Shown here in pieces: positions 30,105 to 40,291 of a stretch of 64,000 nucleotides of DNA (positions are counted from its first letter, which is position 1; every line of letters begins with the position of its first letter). The translations under genes were made by a program, and so were the position numbers. Where the stretch lies: NCBI GenBank assembly GCA_965214095.1, contig OZ243938.1, positions 2,272,001-2,336,000 on the forward strand, written 5' to 3'. Under the pieces are notes generated by a model that saw only the letters and a program-made list of their open reading frames with translations, was not told the origin of the DNA and did no database searches. The stretch is from Candidatus Poribacteria bacterium (GTDB lineage: Bacteria > Poribacteria > WGA-4E > WGA-3G).

Positions 30105-33100
30105 GTGAAATATCTCCGTTTATTTATTACCATTATTATGTTCTCAACCTTCCTGTTTCCCAGTTTTGCTCAGGAAGAAGCACCCGAAGAATATATTGTC
30201 AAAATTGTCTATTTCCTTCCAAATGACCGAACAACACGTGAAGACATAGATGAGAAAATTGAGAAAATGGTATTACGTGTTCAGAACTTTTATGCCGACC
30301 AACTGGAAAACTACGGACACGGAAGAAAAACCTTTAGAATTGAAACCGATGAAAATGGAAAGGTAGTAATACATCATGTCATCGGAAGGAAAATTGCTGA
30401 AGAATATAAAAAGAAACCTGCAAGTTGTTTTGGTGAATTTGCAAATAGAATCCAAACCCGTAATACTATATTACTTGTCTTTCTGGATCATGGCAGTGGA
30501 ACGATAGGGAAGGCATGCGGGGTGGCTTATACAGGAAGACGCACACTCATTCCTGCCTCCGGTGGTTGTTTTAATTGGAGAACAGTCGCCCATGAAATCG
30601 GACACAACTTTGTCTTGCCACATGATTTCCGAGATGGTAGGTATATCATGTCTTATGGACCAGGTCCGCAAGACATGATTTCGGAATGTGCAGCAGAGTT
30701 GTTAGCACTCAATCCCTACTTCAACGGAGGCAGACTTGGGATAGAACAAGGTTCAAAGGTTGAGGTGTTTTCAACTATCGTGTATCCACCAGATAATACG
30801 CATGCCTTTTTTGAGGTGACAGACCGAGATGGACTCAATCAGATATTTTTCTTACACGGTCCTACATTAATGCACAGTTGCCACTCCATATCTGGCAATC
30901 GAGCAATCGTCTACATTGATACTGCAACAATAAGGGATAGGGTGGTAATTGTTCGAACTGTGGATGTTAATGGCAACACAAGATATCCAGGCAAGTTTCC
31001 AATTCCTGACATTGAGCCATCTATCGTAATAGACATTTCTCCACAACGATTAGATATAGATAATGGGTTAATCGGTTATTGGACGTTTGATGAAGCAAAT
31101 GGACAATATGCATTTGATGCAAGCGGAAACGGCAACTACGCACGCCACGGGAGAGGGACATCAATAGAATTTAACGGCGGTAAAATTGGGAGTGCGCTGT
31201 TATTTGATAGTAAAAAGGAAGATGCCATTGTCAAGAACGGTGGTGACTTAATCAATGGATTGACTGATTTTACGCTAAGCCTTTGGGTGAAAGCTTCTAA
31301 AGTCAATAGCGAAAGAGGATTTATTTTTTACAGATCACCTAACGACAAAGATCAGGTTTTTGCAATGCGTTACGACGCGAAAGGCTTCAAAGGTGGTGGA
31401 AAGAATGTTATTAAAGCGGCTATTACCACAACAGGTGGCACTCAGATTTATGAGAGTGCAAGCAACATGCAAACAACTGAGTGGCAACACCTTGCATTGA
31501 CATGGCAAACGGGTAGCAAACTGAAACTACACATCAACGGAGTGCTTGATCAACCAACATTTAACAGTGATGCAACAGAAGGTGAAATTACTGGTGTTGA
31601 AAGATTGATAATCGGCAGAGGTAGTAAAGATATAAACAATTCCTGGAATGGTCTCGTTGACGATGTACGCATATACAATAGAGCTTTGAGTGCAAATGAA
31701 ATCGCTAATTTACCCTTCGTTATAAATAAGGTAGAGCACTTTCACGGTGTCGCTTTAGCAAGTGTTGCCAATTTTACTACTCAGACAGTTGATGCTGGAA
31801 AAGGGATTGAATATAGTTTTAGCGTCACTAACACAGGAAACGTCAATGACACGTTCAATTTAACAACATCAGGTAATGTTACCACTACATTGAGCGAATC
31901 ATCAATATCACTTCCCCCTGGAAAATCTTCTGTTGTATCAATCACAGTTCCAGATAATGCAGCTATTGCAGGTGATTACACTGCTGAAATTACTGCTACA
32001 TCAGTAGCCGATAATACGAAATTTGCTCAGTTAACAACAACTACTAATATCAAACCAAAATATGGTGTCTCTCTTCAAGGTGTGGAGAGTTTAGCGATGG
32101 AATTACAACATGCGGATGCGGGAGTCGACTATACACTTACCGTCATAAACAATGGCAATACAGACGATAATATACTGTTGACTACAGAAGGTGATATTGA
32201 AGCGACATTAAGTAATACTTCAATATCGCTTGGTCCCGGCGCGGCTGAAGAAATAATTCTAACGGTACCAGGAAATGCGTTCGCGGCTTCGGGAGATTAT
32301 GCCGTTAAAGTTACTGCTACATCCGAAACTGAAAACACAAAATCCGCACAAATCACCACCGTTACCTATATTTTTTCACCAGAAGATTTAGGGATTCAAA
32401 AGGGGTTAATAGGACATTGGAACTTTGATGAATCGGATGGAAACACTGTATATGATGCAAGTGGAAACAACAACGCTATACTTCTAAGTGGTGCAATCTT
32501 AGAACCGAACTCTGGAGTCATTGCTGGGGCGATCCGGTTTGATAGTAATAGTGATGAGGTAACTGTTGAGAACGGTGCAGATTTACTCAATGGCCTGGAT
32601 GCTTTTACCATCGCACTCTGGGTAAAATCTGATGCAATCTTCACCGATAAAGGTTTTATTTTCCCACAAACACCTAATGGCAATGATGGGATATTCTCTT
32701 TACGTTATGACGCAAAAGGTGCAGATGGTGGTGGGACGAATGTAATTAAAGCAGGCATCACCACAACAAAAGGGAAACAGATATATGAAAGTGCAAGCGA
32801 TGTACAAACTACCGAATGGCAACACATTGCTTTGACATGGCGAAGTGGTAGAGGATTGACACTTTACATCAACGGGGTGCTTGATCAACCATCATTTAAT
32901 AGCACTGCCACAGAAGGCAAAATAAAAAATGCCAAAAAATTCATAATCGGAAGAGGTGCTAAGGATGAAAATGGGTCATGGGATGGTCTCATTGATGATC
33001 TACGTCTCTATAATAGGGTATTGAGTCCAAGCGAAATTTTGAATTTAGTAAGTAGTATTGAGACGGTGGCACCCGATCCAATTCATGGTGTCGGTTTAGT

Positions 33101-33692
33101 AGGTAGGGGAGATTTGACGAACCAGACGCAAGATGCAAGTGACGGTGTCACATATTATTTTACTGTCACGAATACTGGCAAAATGACCGACACCATAAAG
33201 TTAGCAATTACAGGAGATGCCGAGGCAACATTAAGTCAAAACTCTGTTTCGCTTGCAGCTGAAGCATCTTTAGATATGACTGTAACGATTCCTGGGTCTG
33301 TCCTTGAGGATCCAGGTGAATATGTGGTCACAGTTTCTGCCACTTCCGAGGGTGATGAAACACAAACGGCTGAAATTGTCACAACAACGACAGTTTTTCC
33401 AAAGACATTTGTCTTTCCGAATTTTCCGAATCCATGTAACCCAGAGACGTGGATACCTTATCAATTGACCGAACCAAGTGATGTTACGATAACAATTTAT
33501 TCTATGCGAGGAGAGGAAGTGCGCACTTTAGCGTTAGGGCATCAGACACCAGGTTTGTATCACAGCAAAGACCGTGCAGCGTATTGGAATGGAACAAATA
33601 AATTGGGTGAACAAGTCGCAAGTGGCATCTATGTCTATAGGTTTGAAACAAGGGATTTCAGCACTACGAAGAAAATGTTAATTCTGAAGTGA
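30105..33692 (+). CDS. Large secreted protein: metzincin-like peptidase, 2 LamG domains, Ig-like repeats, C-terminal FlgD-Ig domain
   Basis: Signal peptide; HEIGHNFVLPH...IMSY; two duplicated LamG blocks (GYWTFDE/GHWNFDE...DDxRxYNR); NFPNPCNPETWIPYQL...ASGIYVY. Confidence 0.85.
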   Translation: MKYLRLFITIIMFSTFLFPSFAQEEAPEEYIVKIVYFLPNDRTTREDIDEKIEKMVLRVQNFYADQLENYGHGRKTFRIETDENGKVVIHHVIGRKIAEEYKKKPASCFGEFANRIQTRNTILLVFLDHGSGTIGKACGVAYTGRRTLIPASGGCFNWRTVAHEIGHNFVLPHDFRDGRYIMSYGPGPQDMISECAAELLALNPYFNGGRLGIEQGSKVEVFSTIVYPPDNTHAFFEVTDRDGLNQIFFLHGPTLMHSCHSISGNRAIVYIDTATIRDRVVIVRTVDVNGNTRYPGKFPIPDIEPSIVIDISPQRLDIDNGLIGYWTFDEANGQYAFDASGNGNYARHGRGTSIEFNGGKIGSALLFDSKKEDAIVKNGGDLINGLTDFTLSLWVKASKVNSERGFIFYRSPNDKDQVFAMRYDAKGFKGGGKNVIKAAITTTGGTQIYESASNMQTTEWQHLALTWQTGSKLKLHINGVLDQPTFNSDATEGEITGVERLIIGRGSKDINNSWNGLVDDVRIYNRALSANEIANLPFVINKVEHFHGVALASVANFTTQTVDAGKGIEYSFSVTNTGNVNDTFNLTTSGNVTTTLSESSISLPPGKSSVVSITVPDNAAIAGDYTAEITATSVADNTKFAQLTTTTNIKPKYGVSLQGVESLAMELQHADAGVDYTLTVINNGNTDDNILLTTEGDIEATLSNTSISLGPGAAEEIILTVPGNAFAASGDYAVKVTATSETENTKSAQITTVTYIFSPEDLGIQKGLIGHWNFDESDGNTVYDASGNNNAILLSGAILEPNSGVIAGAIRFDSNSDEVTVENGADLLNGLDAFTIALWVKSDAIFTDKGFIFPQTPNGNDGIFSLRYDAKGADGGGTNVIKAGITTTKGKQIYESASDVQTTEWQHIALTWRSGRGLTLYINGVLDQPSFNSTATEGKIKNAKKFIIGRGAKDENGSWDGLIDDLRLYNRVLSPSEILNLVSSIETVAPDPIHGVGLVGRGDLTNQTQDASDGVTYYFTVTNTGKMTDTIKLAITGDAEATLSQNSVSLAAEASLDMTVTIPGSVLEDPGEYVVTVSATSEGDETQTAEIVTTTTVFPKTFVFPNFPNPCNPETWIPYQLTEPSDVTITIYSMRGEEVRTLALGHQTPGLYHSKDRAAYWNGTNKLGEQVASGIYVYRFETRDFSTTKKMLILK

Positions 33693-33715
33693 GATGAGAT
33701 CGCATTCTATACCCT

Positions 33716-33780
33716 ATAGATTTGACTTCCTAATCGAACCCGTTTGCAAAACACGGTAGGTTCGGTTTCCTAACCGAATC
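33716..33780 (+). repeat. Tandem REP copies (one degenerate)
   Basis: GGTAGGTTCGGTTTCCTAACCGAATC at 33755-33780 and degenerate ATAGATTTGACTTCCTAATCGAACC at 33716-33740. Confidence 0.7.
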
Positions 33781-33795
33781 TTAGAAGGAACATCA

Positions 33796-34737
33796 ATGAT
33801 CAAAAAACTAAGATTTATACTTTTCATCCCTATAACTATGTTGTATTTCACTTCTGTTATTGGCTCAGTGTCTGATACTTATGGTATAACGTTAACGGGC
33901 ATCGGCAATTTAAAAGTTGAAATACCGAAGGGCAATGGCAATGTTTTATATACAATTCGGATAACAAATATTGGCACTGAACTAGACACAATATCCCTGA
34001 CAACAGAAGGGACAGTAAAGACATCGTTAACACGAAACTCTGTAACCCTTGCACCAGGGGCATCTACGGATGTAGTGATGGTCATTAGTGAAGAAGAACT
34101 ATCGGATGTGGGGACGTATGAAGTCAACGTGACTGCAACTTCCAAAGGCGATCCCACAAAAACGGCAACTATCACTACTACCACAATCATCTTTACCTGT
34201 GGCGTTGAAGTTGACAGTATCGGTGATGTGAAGATTGAGACAACTGAATCGGGAACGTCAGCAAGTTATAAAATCCACATTACAAACATCGGTAGCAGAT
34301 CTGACACAGTATCACTTTCAGTTTCAGGTGGTGTTGATGTTGAACTAAGTGAGACTTCAGTAGTCCTTGAAGCGGGAACTTCTGCGGAGGTGATATTAAC
34401 GATTGATGAGGATGTGTTTGCCGGTCTACTGTCAACTCCTGGTGAGTATAAGGTAGTAATCACTGCTACATCAAGTAGCATTAGCACGGAAACAGATGAA
34501 ATTACTACTACCATTATAGTAGAACAGATACCCGCAGACCTTACTGCTGATGGAGTTGTGAATATCCTTGATTTAGTGAAAGTTGCCAATGCATTTGGGA
34601 GCGAAGGGAACGGTCTTGCAGCAGATATTACTATGGACGGTATTGTGAATATCCTTGATTTAGTGAAAGTTGCTTCACATTTCGGAGAAACACAGATTGA
34701 TTATGCTTTAGCAAACTTTAGTATATCTCACAAGTAG
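33796..34737 (+). CDS. Secreted protein with two Ig-like repeats and a dockerin-like C-terminus
   Basis: ITNIG...DT.SL repeats shared with the upstream gene; ADxxxDGxVNILDLVKVA twice. Confidence 0.8.
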   Translation: MIKKLRFILFIPITMLYFTSVIGSVSDTYGITLTGIGNLKVEIPKGNGNVLYTIRITNIGTELDTISLTTEGTVKTSLTRNSVTLAPGASTDVVMVISEEELSDVGTYEVNVTATSKGDPTKTATITTTTIIFTCGVEVDSIGDVKIETTESGTSASYKIHITNIGSRSDTVSLSVSGGVDVELSETSVVLEAGTSAEVILTIDEDVFAGLLSTPGEYKVVITATSSSISTETDEITTTIIVEQIPADLTADGVVNILDLVKVANAFGSEGNGLAADITMDGIVNILDLVKVASHFGETQIDYALANFSISHK

Positions 34738-34929
34738 TTGGCGTTGAACGGAATCTCGCTCATCCTCAACAATGAATATGCCAAATACTACTTACTATTT
34801 GGTGTTGACTATAAATAAGATTGGTAAATACAACTACAATCGGATGGAAAATGTTGGAACAACAAGACTTCTCGCAGCTAAGCAACACTGAAACTAATAC
34901 CGTTTACCATCTTCAACTTAAAAGGTTAA

Positions 34930-35232
34930 CTGATATTCTGGAGAGTCATTGGTATTCTGGTGTTCATTATAACAATTGAGTATATTCTCACTGTTTCTTT
35001 TGGCTTGCTATTTGCATTCTTAGGACTAATTCATAAAGTTAGCGCGGGTTCTACAATCATTTATGTGCTTCAGGCACCATTTGACCTAAGCCGTATAGAT
35101 TCAGTTGCTTCCGCAATTATGAGATTTCTTGATATCGGGGCAAATGCTTTCACCACACCGATTTTCGCAATCAGTGTGACACTTCTTTATTTTGACATTC
35201 GTTTTCTGATGAGACGTGTGCCATCAAGGTGA
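34930..35232 (+). pseudogene. Probable C-terminal fragment of a membrane protein
   Basis: KG*LIFWRVIGIL...PIFAISVTLLYFDIR resembles the C-terminus of GDPD-membrane-domain-like proteins. In-frame stop upstream and no N-terminal part. Confidence 0.35.
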
Positions 35233-35357
35233 GAATATCCCAAAATCAGGATCCATCTCGTTCTTAAGTAATACATATTTTATATTTGAAAGCATTACGT
35301 CCTTGGTTAGTCCATGTTTTCAGTAGTTTGAGTTTCCAATTGTCCGGTCCTCTAGAC

Positions 35358-35386
35358 TTGACAAAGTATATGTGATTTACTATAGT
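35358..35386 (+). promoter_or_regulatory. Sigma-70-type promoter whose -10 box coincides with the MITE left end
   Basis: TTGACA (35358)-17 bp-TATAGT (35381). Confidence 0.55.
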
Positions 35387-35476
35387 GAAATTGGACTGAC
35401 AATAAGAAAGTTGACACCGGTTCGGTTAGGAAACCGAACCTACCGTCGTGTGTAAATAATTATGGTTTTTACTATA
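35381..35476. mobile_element. MITE-like element carrying one REP
   Basis: Ends TATAGTGAAA / TTTTACTATA; the last ~60 bp are nearly identical to 56939-57002. Confidence 0.7.
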
Positions 35477-35507
35477 ACTGTTTCATTTTAAAGGATTTAT
35501 TAGAAAT

Positions 35508-36566
35508 ATGAAAAAATTTAAACTTGGTGTAATTGGTGCTGGTGGTATCGTTTGCCGTATGCATCTACCCGATATAAAAAATGGAGACGATTTTGACATC
35601 GCTGTTATTGGTGGAAGGCGCGAACACCGCCTCAAACATCAGTGTCAAGAATTTGATATACCCCGTTGGACACAGGATTATGACGCAATTATCGCAGACG
35701 ACTCACTTGATGCAATCCTCGTCGGCACACCGCATCCCTTACATGTTTCATGGGGTGTGAAAGCATTGGAAGCAGGGAAACATGTCCTGATGCAAAAACC
35801 ACTCTGTGGTGAGATGGATGAGGCAAATCAATTTGTGGATGCCGCTGAAGCGAGTGGCAAAACAGTCATGTGTCTTCCACATTTTAGTGCAGGTATCTAT
35901 AAAGTCCGTCAACTCATTGCAGAAAATGCAATCGGACGCGTCTCTGGCGCGAGAATGCGAAGTAGCCACGGTGGACCGGAGATATATTATGCCGAAATCA
36001 TGGATATTTTTGGCGAAAGCGGAGACGACTTGTGGTTTTTTGATGCGAAACAAGCGAGTGTCGGTGCACTCTTCGATATGGGGGTTTACGCTGTATCAGG
36101 TCTCGTTGCCATGCTTGGAACTTTCAAACGTGTTACCGGCTTCGTTTCAACTTTTGACAAACCGACAGAATTAGAAGATGTCGCAACACTCGTGCTTGAG
36201 ATGGAATCAGGTGGAATTGTCACCGCAGAAACATCTTGGTGTGACCCCGCACGTACAGGTGAATCAAGTATCCACGGCACAGCAGGCAAGTTCACAATGC
36301 CGGGAAAAGATGGTGCCGGTCTCACACAATACACACCTACCTCATATACGCGCGAACATGCTCCTGTTGATACGAAAGCCATTGATTGTGGTGATGTCGC
36401 ACCCAGTGGGATGCACGCACATTTCGCGGAACATATCCGAGCAGGAACACAACCACCCCTCTCCAATGTTTATACAGCGCGGCATGTGACTGAAATTCTA
36501 CTGGCAGGACTCAAATCATCTGAAACTGGTAGTGCTGTTGAACTCACGACAGTATCGGACAAGTAA
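35508..36566 (+). CDS. Gfo/Idh/MocA oxidoreductase
   Basis: GVIGAGG, GTPHPLH, GKHVLMQKP, GALFDMGVY. Confidence 0.9.
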   Translation: MKKFKLGVIGAGGIVCRMHLPDIKNGDDFDIAVIGGRREHRLKHQCQEFDIPRWTQDYDAIIADDSLDAILVGTPHPLHVSWGVKALEAGKHVLMQKPLCGEMDEANQFVDAAEASGKTVMCLPHFSAGIYKVRQLIAENAIGRVSGARMRSSHGGPEIYYAEIMDIFGESGDDLWFFDAKQASVGALFDMGVYAVSGLVAMLGTFKRVTGFVSTFDKPTELEDVATLVLEMESGGIVTAETSWCDPARTGESSIHGTAGKFTMPGKDGAGLTQYTPTSYTREHAPVDTKAIDCGDVAPSGMHAHFAEHIRAGTQPPLSNVYTARHVTEILLAGLKSSETGSAVELTTVSDK

Positions 36567-36580
36567 GTTGTGTACAAAAA

Positions 36581-36626
36581 GACATCTCCATGTAGTTGAT
36601 TTTCTCAAATACTACACGGAGATGTC
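36581..36626. terminator. Bidirectional hairpin terminator
   Basis: GACATCTCC-TGTAGT...ACTACA-GGAGATGTC between convergent genes. Confidence 0.7.
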
Positions 36627-36633
36627 AACACAA

Positions 36634-37089
36634 TTAATCTAAACTTGCATGAAATTCATACCAATCATCAAGGTTGTTAAGGTTGACAGCATCTAAAATA
36701 GAACCATCATCTTCAATACCGCTCGCACCGAGAATACCACTTCGGGTATCGTCATCGTGATGGTACCCCTCTATCGAAGCATTCAACTCAGCAACTGCAT
36801 CAGCATCAAGGCTACCACCTTTTTGCTCTAAAACCCACGCCTCAAATTGAGGATATGTCGGGGAATTATCTCGGATATATGCAAGGGTCGTATCCTTATC
36901 AAGTCCAAGACCATCTAACACCATCTGATCATAACCCGCGCCACAGGCAGGATAGTCTTCGTGAAGAACACCTTTTGCATCCATCAATACTTTAGACCAA
37001 AATCTTGGGAGATGTAATACACCTAAGGGACCAGCTACCGCAGAACTAATTGTCGGGATCAGAGCTGATTTCTTTTTCCTTCCAAACAT
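36634..37089 (-). CDS. DUF5069-like small protein
   Basis: GPLGVLHLPRFWSK...DYP..G.GYDQMVL...PTYPQFEAWV. Start MFGRK follows an AGGAGG RBS. Confidence 0.7.
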   Translation of the reverse strand: MFGRKKKSALIPTISSAVAGPLGVLHLPRFWSKVLMDAKGVLHEDYPACGAGYDQMVLDGLGLDKDTTLAYIRDNSPTYPQFEAWVLEQKGGSLDADAVAELNASIEGYHHDDDTRSGILGASGIEDDGSILDAVNLNNLDDWYEFHASLD

Positions 37090-37262
37090 AACAAGCCTCC
37101 TTGCTACTATGGATAAGTTTATGTCGTAACTTGCAAGTACATCTTGCAATTATCCGCATTATACCAAAAATGTAAAAAAATCGGAATTAAATTTTCAAAG
37201 GTAGGTGTATAAAGTTTTTGGCATAAAACTACGTATTTCTTCTTGGAGGGTTTTCAACCACG

Positions 37263-37573
37263 ATTTAACGAAAAAGTGCTTGGAGTCGCGCAATGCATTG
37301 CGCCTCGGGCATTGTTTTGTCCTTTTCTTTTGTCTGAACCAGGATTTTCAGGATTATAGGATTTCCAAGATTAGGAGTTTCGCACGTTTACGTTCCTTCT
37401 CAAAGAATAACCGTTATCTTATAAATAGCACTTTGATGCATCAAACTCTTATCCTGTAAATCTGTCCCATCCTGTGAATCCTGGTTCAGACAAATAATCC
37501 TGAAAATCCTGGTTCAAACAAACAAGAGAAAATCAAGACAATTAATTGCCAATACCTCAATAAATCGTTAAAT
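37263..37573. repeat. Nested inverted-repeat (MITE-like) cluster
   Basis: TTTGTCTGAACCAGGATTTTCAGGATTA (37329-37356) vs TAATCCTGAAAATCCTGGTTCAAACAAA (37495-37522), 27/28; extra right copy 37469-37494; outer ATTTAACGA/TCGTTAAAT. Confidence 0.7.
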
Positions 37574-37649
37574 AGCATATAAAAATGTTGAATTTTTTAG
37601 TTGTTTTCTATAAAATACATTCAATATCATAATGAGGAGTACATATTGG

Positions 37650-38438
37650 ATGACACCCGAAGTCGTATTAGAAAAACGTAATCAGATGCTGCGTGATGGA
37701 TTTTGCATTGTAGACGATATATTGTCTGAAGAATTCTTGCAGGAGTTGCATGATGAAACAGAACGACTCATTGCAGGGCACGTAGAACCTGATGAAATGG
37801 TATATCAAGGACAGCATGTGAATGTCGGCGGAGCAGACAATCCATACATAAAACGGTTGCTGGAGTGGCAGCCATCACGGGACGCACTGGAACAACTCGG
37901 TTTCGGGGATTTCGGAGCATCAGGTGGTATTATTATCTTAACAAAAGAAGCCGGAGGTCCACCACTGTATTGGCACCAAGATTGGATGCGGTGGAATGAC
38001 CCGCTTAGTTGTACACCGTGGCCACAAACCATCTTTCTTAATTACTATCTTTCAGACACGACACCTGAAAATGGGTGTTTAAGGATTATTCCCGGCACAC
38101 ATCTAAAACGAATCGAGTTACACGATCTACTTGTTCCCGCACATGAACAAGGTGCAAGGTTTGTTGATGAAGATCACCCCTACATGTTTGACAATCATCC
38201 AGATCAGATTGATGTATGTGCCAAAGCCGGTTCATTAGTTATGGCAGATGCGCGGGTGCTACATTCCGCACACAGAAATCACACTGATGTACGTCGCACC
38301 TTGATTCTTGCATGGCACAGTCGTCCAAACACCGTTCCTGAATATTGGGATGAAGAGATTCCTGAACTCATCGCAAATCGTGATGCAAACGGAAACTATC
38401 CAGGCTCCCGTATTCCAGGTAATTTATTAAAGCCATAA
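37650..38438 (+). CDS. PhyH family dioxygenase
   Basis: RDGFCIV, WHQDW, NGCLRIIPGTH, HSAH. Confidence 0.9.
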   Translation: MTPEVVLEKRNQMLRDGFCIVDDILSEEFLQELHDETERLIAGHVEPDEMVYQGQHVNVGGADNPYIKRLLEWQPSRDALEQLGFGDFGASGGIIILTKEAGGPPLYWHQDWMRWNDPLSCTPWPQTIFLNYYLSDTTPENGCLRIIPGTHLKRIELHDLLVPAHEQGARFVDEDHPYMFDNHPDQIDVCAKAGSLVMADARVLHSAHRNHTDVRRTLILAWHSRPNTVPEYWDEEIPELIANRDANGNYPGSRIPGNLLKP

Positions 38439-38486
38439 AACAACAGATTATCACAGAATATCAACAGAAAACACAGTGAGGTATCT

Positions 38487-39320
38487 ATGGAACAGCACAC
38501 ACTTCATTATGAAGTCTTAAATGTGTTTCATCCAGGTGAAACTGGACAATATTGGGATGTGGATGTGCATGCTACTCCAGAAGAGCTAAAACAATTCGCT
38601 GATTCCGGTTACCTCATTCGCGAAGAACTCTTTCAAGGAGAAGCACTGCAAAAGTTGAGAGATGCACTTGACCGATTAGAAGAACAGGAATCGGAAGGCA
38701 AAGATGCAGCTATCGCTTCAAAACAGGGCTGGGGTTTTATTCCGAGACATCTGATGGATAAGGATGAAGCATTTCTTGATCTCCTAAAATTTCAACCGGT
38801 TTTGTCTATTGTACGTGCGATGATGGGACTGCTTGTTAGATTACGCGGATTGAGTGCACGCATTACATATCCGGGTGATGATAGACAGCATCAAACACCT
38901 TGGCATCAACACATGCGAGTTGTCCCAAATCCGATACCTCCTTGGTTTTCTCGTCCGCATTGTGTTGACTGTTGTATCTATCTTGATGACTTAAACGAAG
39001 ATACGGGAGGTGTTGTCGTAGTTCCCGGTTCTCACGACTGGTTAGACAAGGCAACACCAAGCACTTATGAACCTTTAGATGGAGAAGTGGAACTACGAGT
39101 GAAAGCTGGCGGGGCAGTGTTAATTCACGGCAATCTCTGGCATCGTGCTTTACCAACGCTCAGAGCAAAACGGAGAATGTTAATTCTCGGTTATACACCA
39201 ACATGGCTACGAAGTTCACCACACGGTGGAATGCCACCAGAAGATGGATTGACACAAACCTTCCTCAAAGAAGCTGATATGGAAGAAAGGATGTTATTAG
39301 GTATAGGTGGATATACATAG
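38487..39320 (+). CDS. PhyH family dioxygenase (HxH variant)
   Basis: SGYLIRE, WHQH, YLDD, VPGSH, HGNLWH. Confidence 0.88.
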   Translation: MEQHTLHYEVLNVFHPGETGQYWDVDVHATPEELKQFADSGYLIREELFQGEALQKLRDALDRLEEQESEGKDAAIASKQGWGFIPRHLMDKDEAFLDLLKFQPVLSIVRAMMGLLVRLRGLSARITYPGDDRQHQTPWHQHMRVVPNPIPPWFSRPHCVDCCIYLDDLNEDTGGVVVVPGSHDWLDKATPSTYEPLDGEVELRVKAGGAVLIHGNLWHRALPTLRAKRRMLILGYTPTWLRSSPHGGMPPEDGLTQTFLKEADMEERMLLGIGGYT

Positions 39321-39371
39321 AATACAAGAATATGCGTATATCAACGTGCATGATATAATAGGAGTACTATA

Positions 39372-40187
39372 ATGAAAATCACTACAGGTTTTAAAATTTT
39401 GACACTAATGTTAATGCTAACAATTCCATTATTGATGGTTCACGCGGAAGGGGTTAGCACAGATGAACTGATCATCCATTATAGTTTTGACGAAGAGACC
39501 CAGGAGGGGACAGATATAATGGATTTGTCGGGAAATGATAATCATGGTCTGCTAAATGGTAATCTCAATGTTGTGGAAGGCAAAGTTAACGGTGCTATGG
39601 AGTTTCCAGGTGGTGCGGCTAACTTTATTGCAGTGCGAGAGCATTTTTATGATGATTTGTTCCCAGAAATTACCCTCGCAGTATGGGTTAAAACTTCAAT
39701 AAGAGGAATGATCGCCTCATGGGATCGAAGCGAATTTTTCCGATTCGGTGTAGGTGATGATGTACTCGGAAATTTGACCTTCATCGGTTTTGATGTCTGT
39801 TGTCCAATCATAGATTGGCACGGGAAGGTTGAAGTAACGGACGACGAATGGCATCATGTTGTCGCGACCTTTGATGCAGAAATGAAGCGGATATACGTTG
39901 ATGGGGAATTGGACGTGGAGGCACCAACAGACACAAACACCAAGATGATTGGAAAACAGTTAGTACGTTACGGGTTTATCGGCATCGGTTCAGAAGCTAT
40001 TGCTTTCAATGGTGGAAAAGGTCCCAACTGGGTTTTCACTGGGTTGATGGATGAGTTCCTCCTGTTCCATCGTGCAATTTCCGCTGAGGAGGTTGAAACC
40101 TTGGCAAAAGGAACTACTAATCCCTTTGCAGTTGAACCTGCAGACAAATTAAGCATCACATGGGGGAAAATCAAAGGCATGAAATAA
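39372..40187 (+). CDS. Secreted LamG-like jellyroll protein
   Basis: Signal peptide; HYSFDE, EWHHVVATFD, GLMDE; C-terminal AVEPADKLSITWGKIK. Confidence 0.87.
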   Translation: MKITTGFKILTLMLMLTIPLLMVHAEGVSTDELIIHYSFDEETQEGTDIMDLSGNDNHGLLNGNLNVVEGKVNGAMEFPGGAANFIAVREHFYDDLFPEITLAVWVKTSIRGMIASWDRSEFFRFGVGDDVLGNLTFIGFDVCCPIIDWHGKVEVTDDEWHHVVATFDAEMKRIYVDGELDVEAPTDTNTKMIGKQLVRYGFIGIGSEAIAFNGGKGPNWVFTGLMDEFLLFHRAISAEEVETLAKGTTNPFAVEPADKLSITWGKIKGMK

Positions 40188-40291
40188 TACAGTGATAACC
40201 AAAACTGTAAATCATAAACCTTACAGAAATAGAACCTTATTTGTTGTAGATAACACACCTCTAATAGTGTCTATGAATAAAAGGAGATAAA

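Noticed and set aside
34556-34673. Two identical 31-bp direct repeats (CRISPR-like spacing)
   Set aside because: They encode the duplicated VNILDLVKVA dockerin-like motif inside a CDS; only two copies and no cas genes.
37205-37459. 84-aa ORF
   Set aside because: Spans the inverted-repeat element; spurious.
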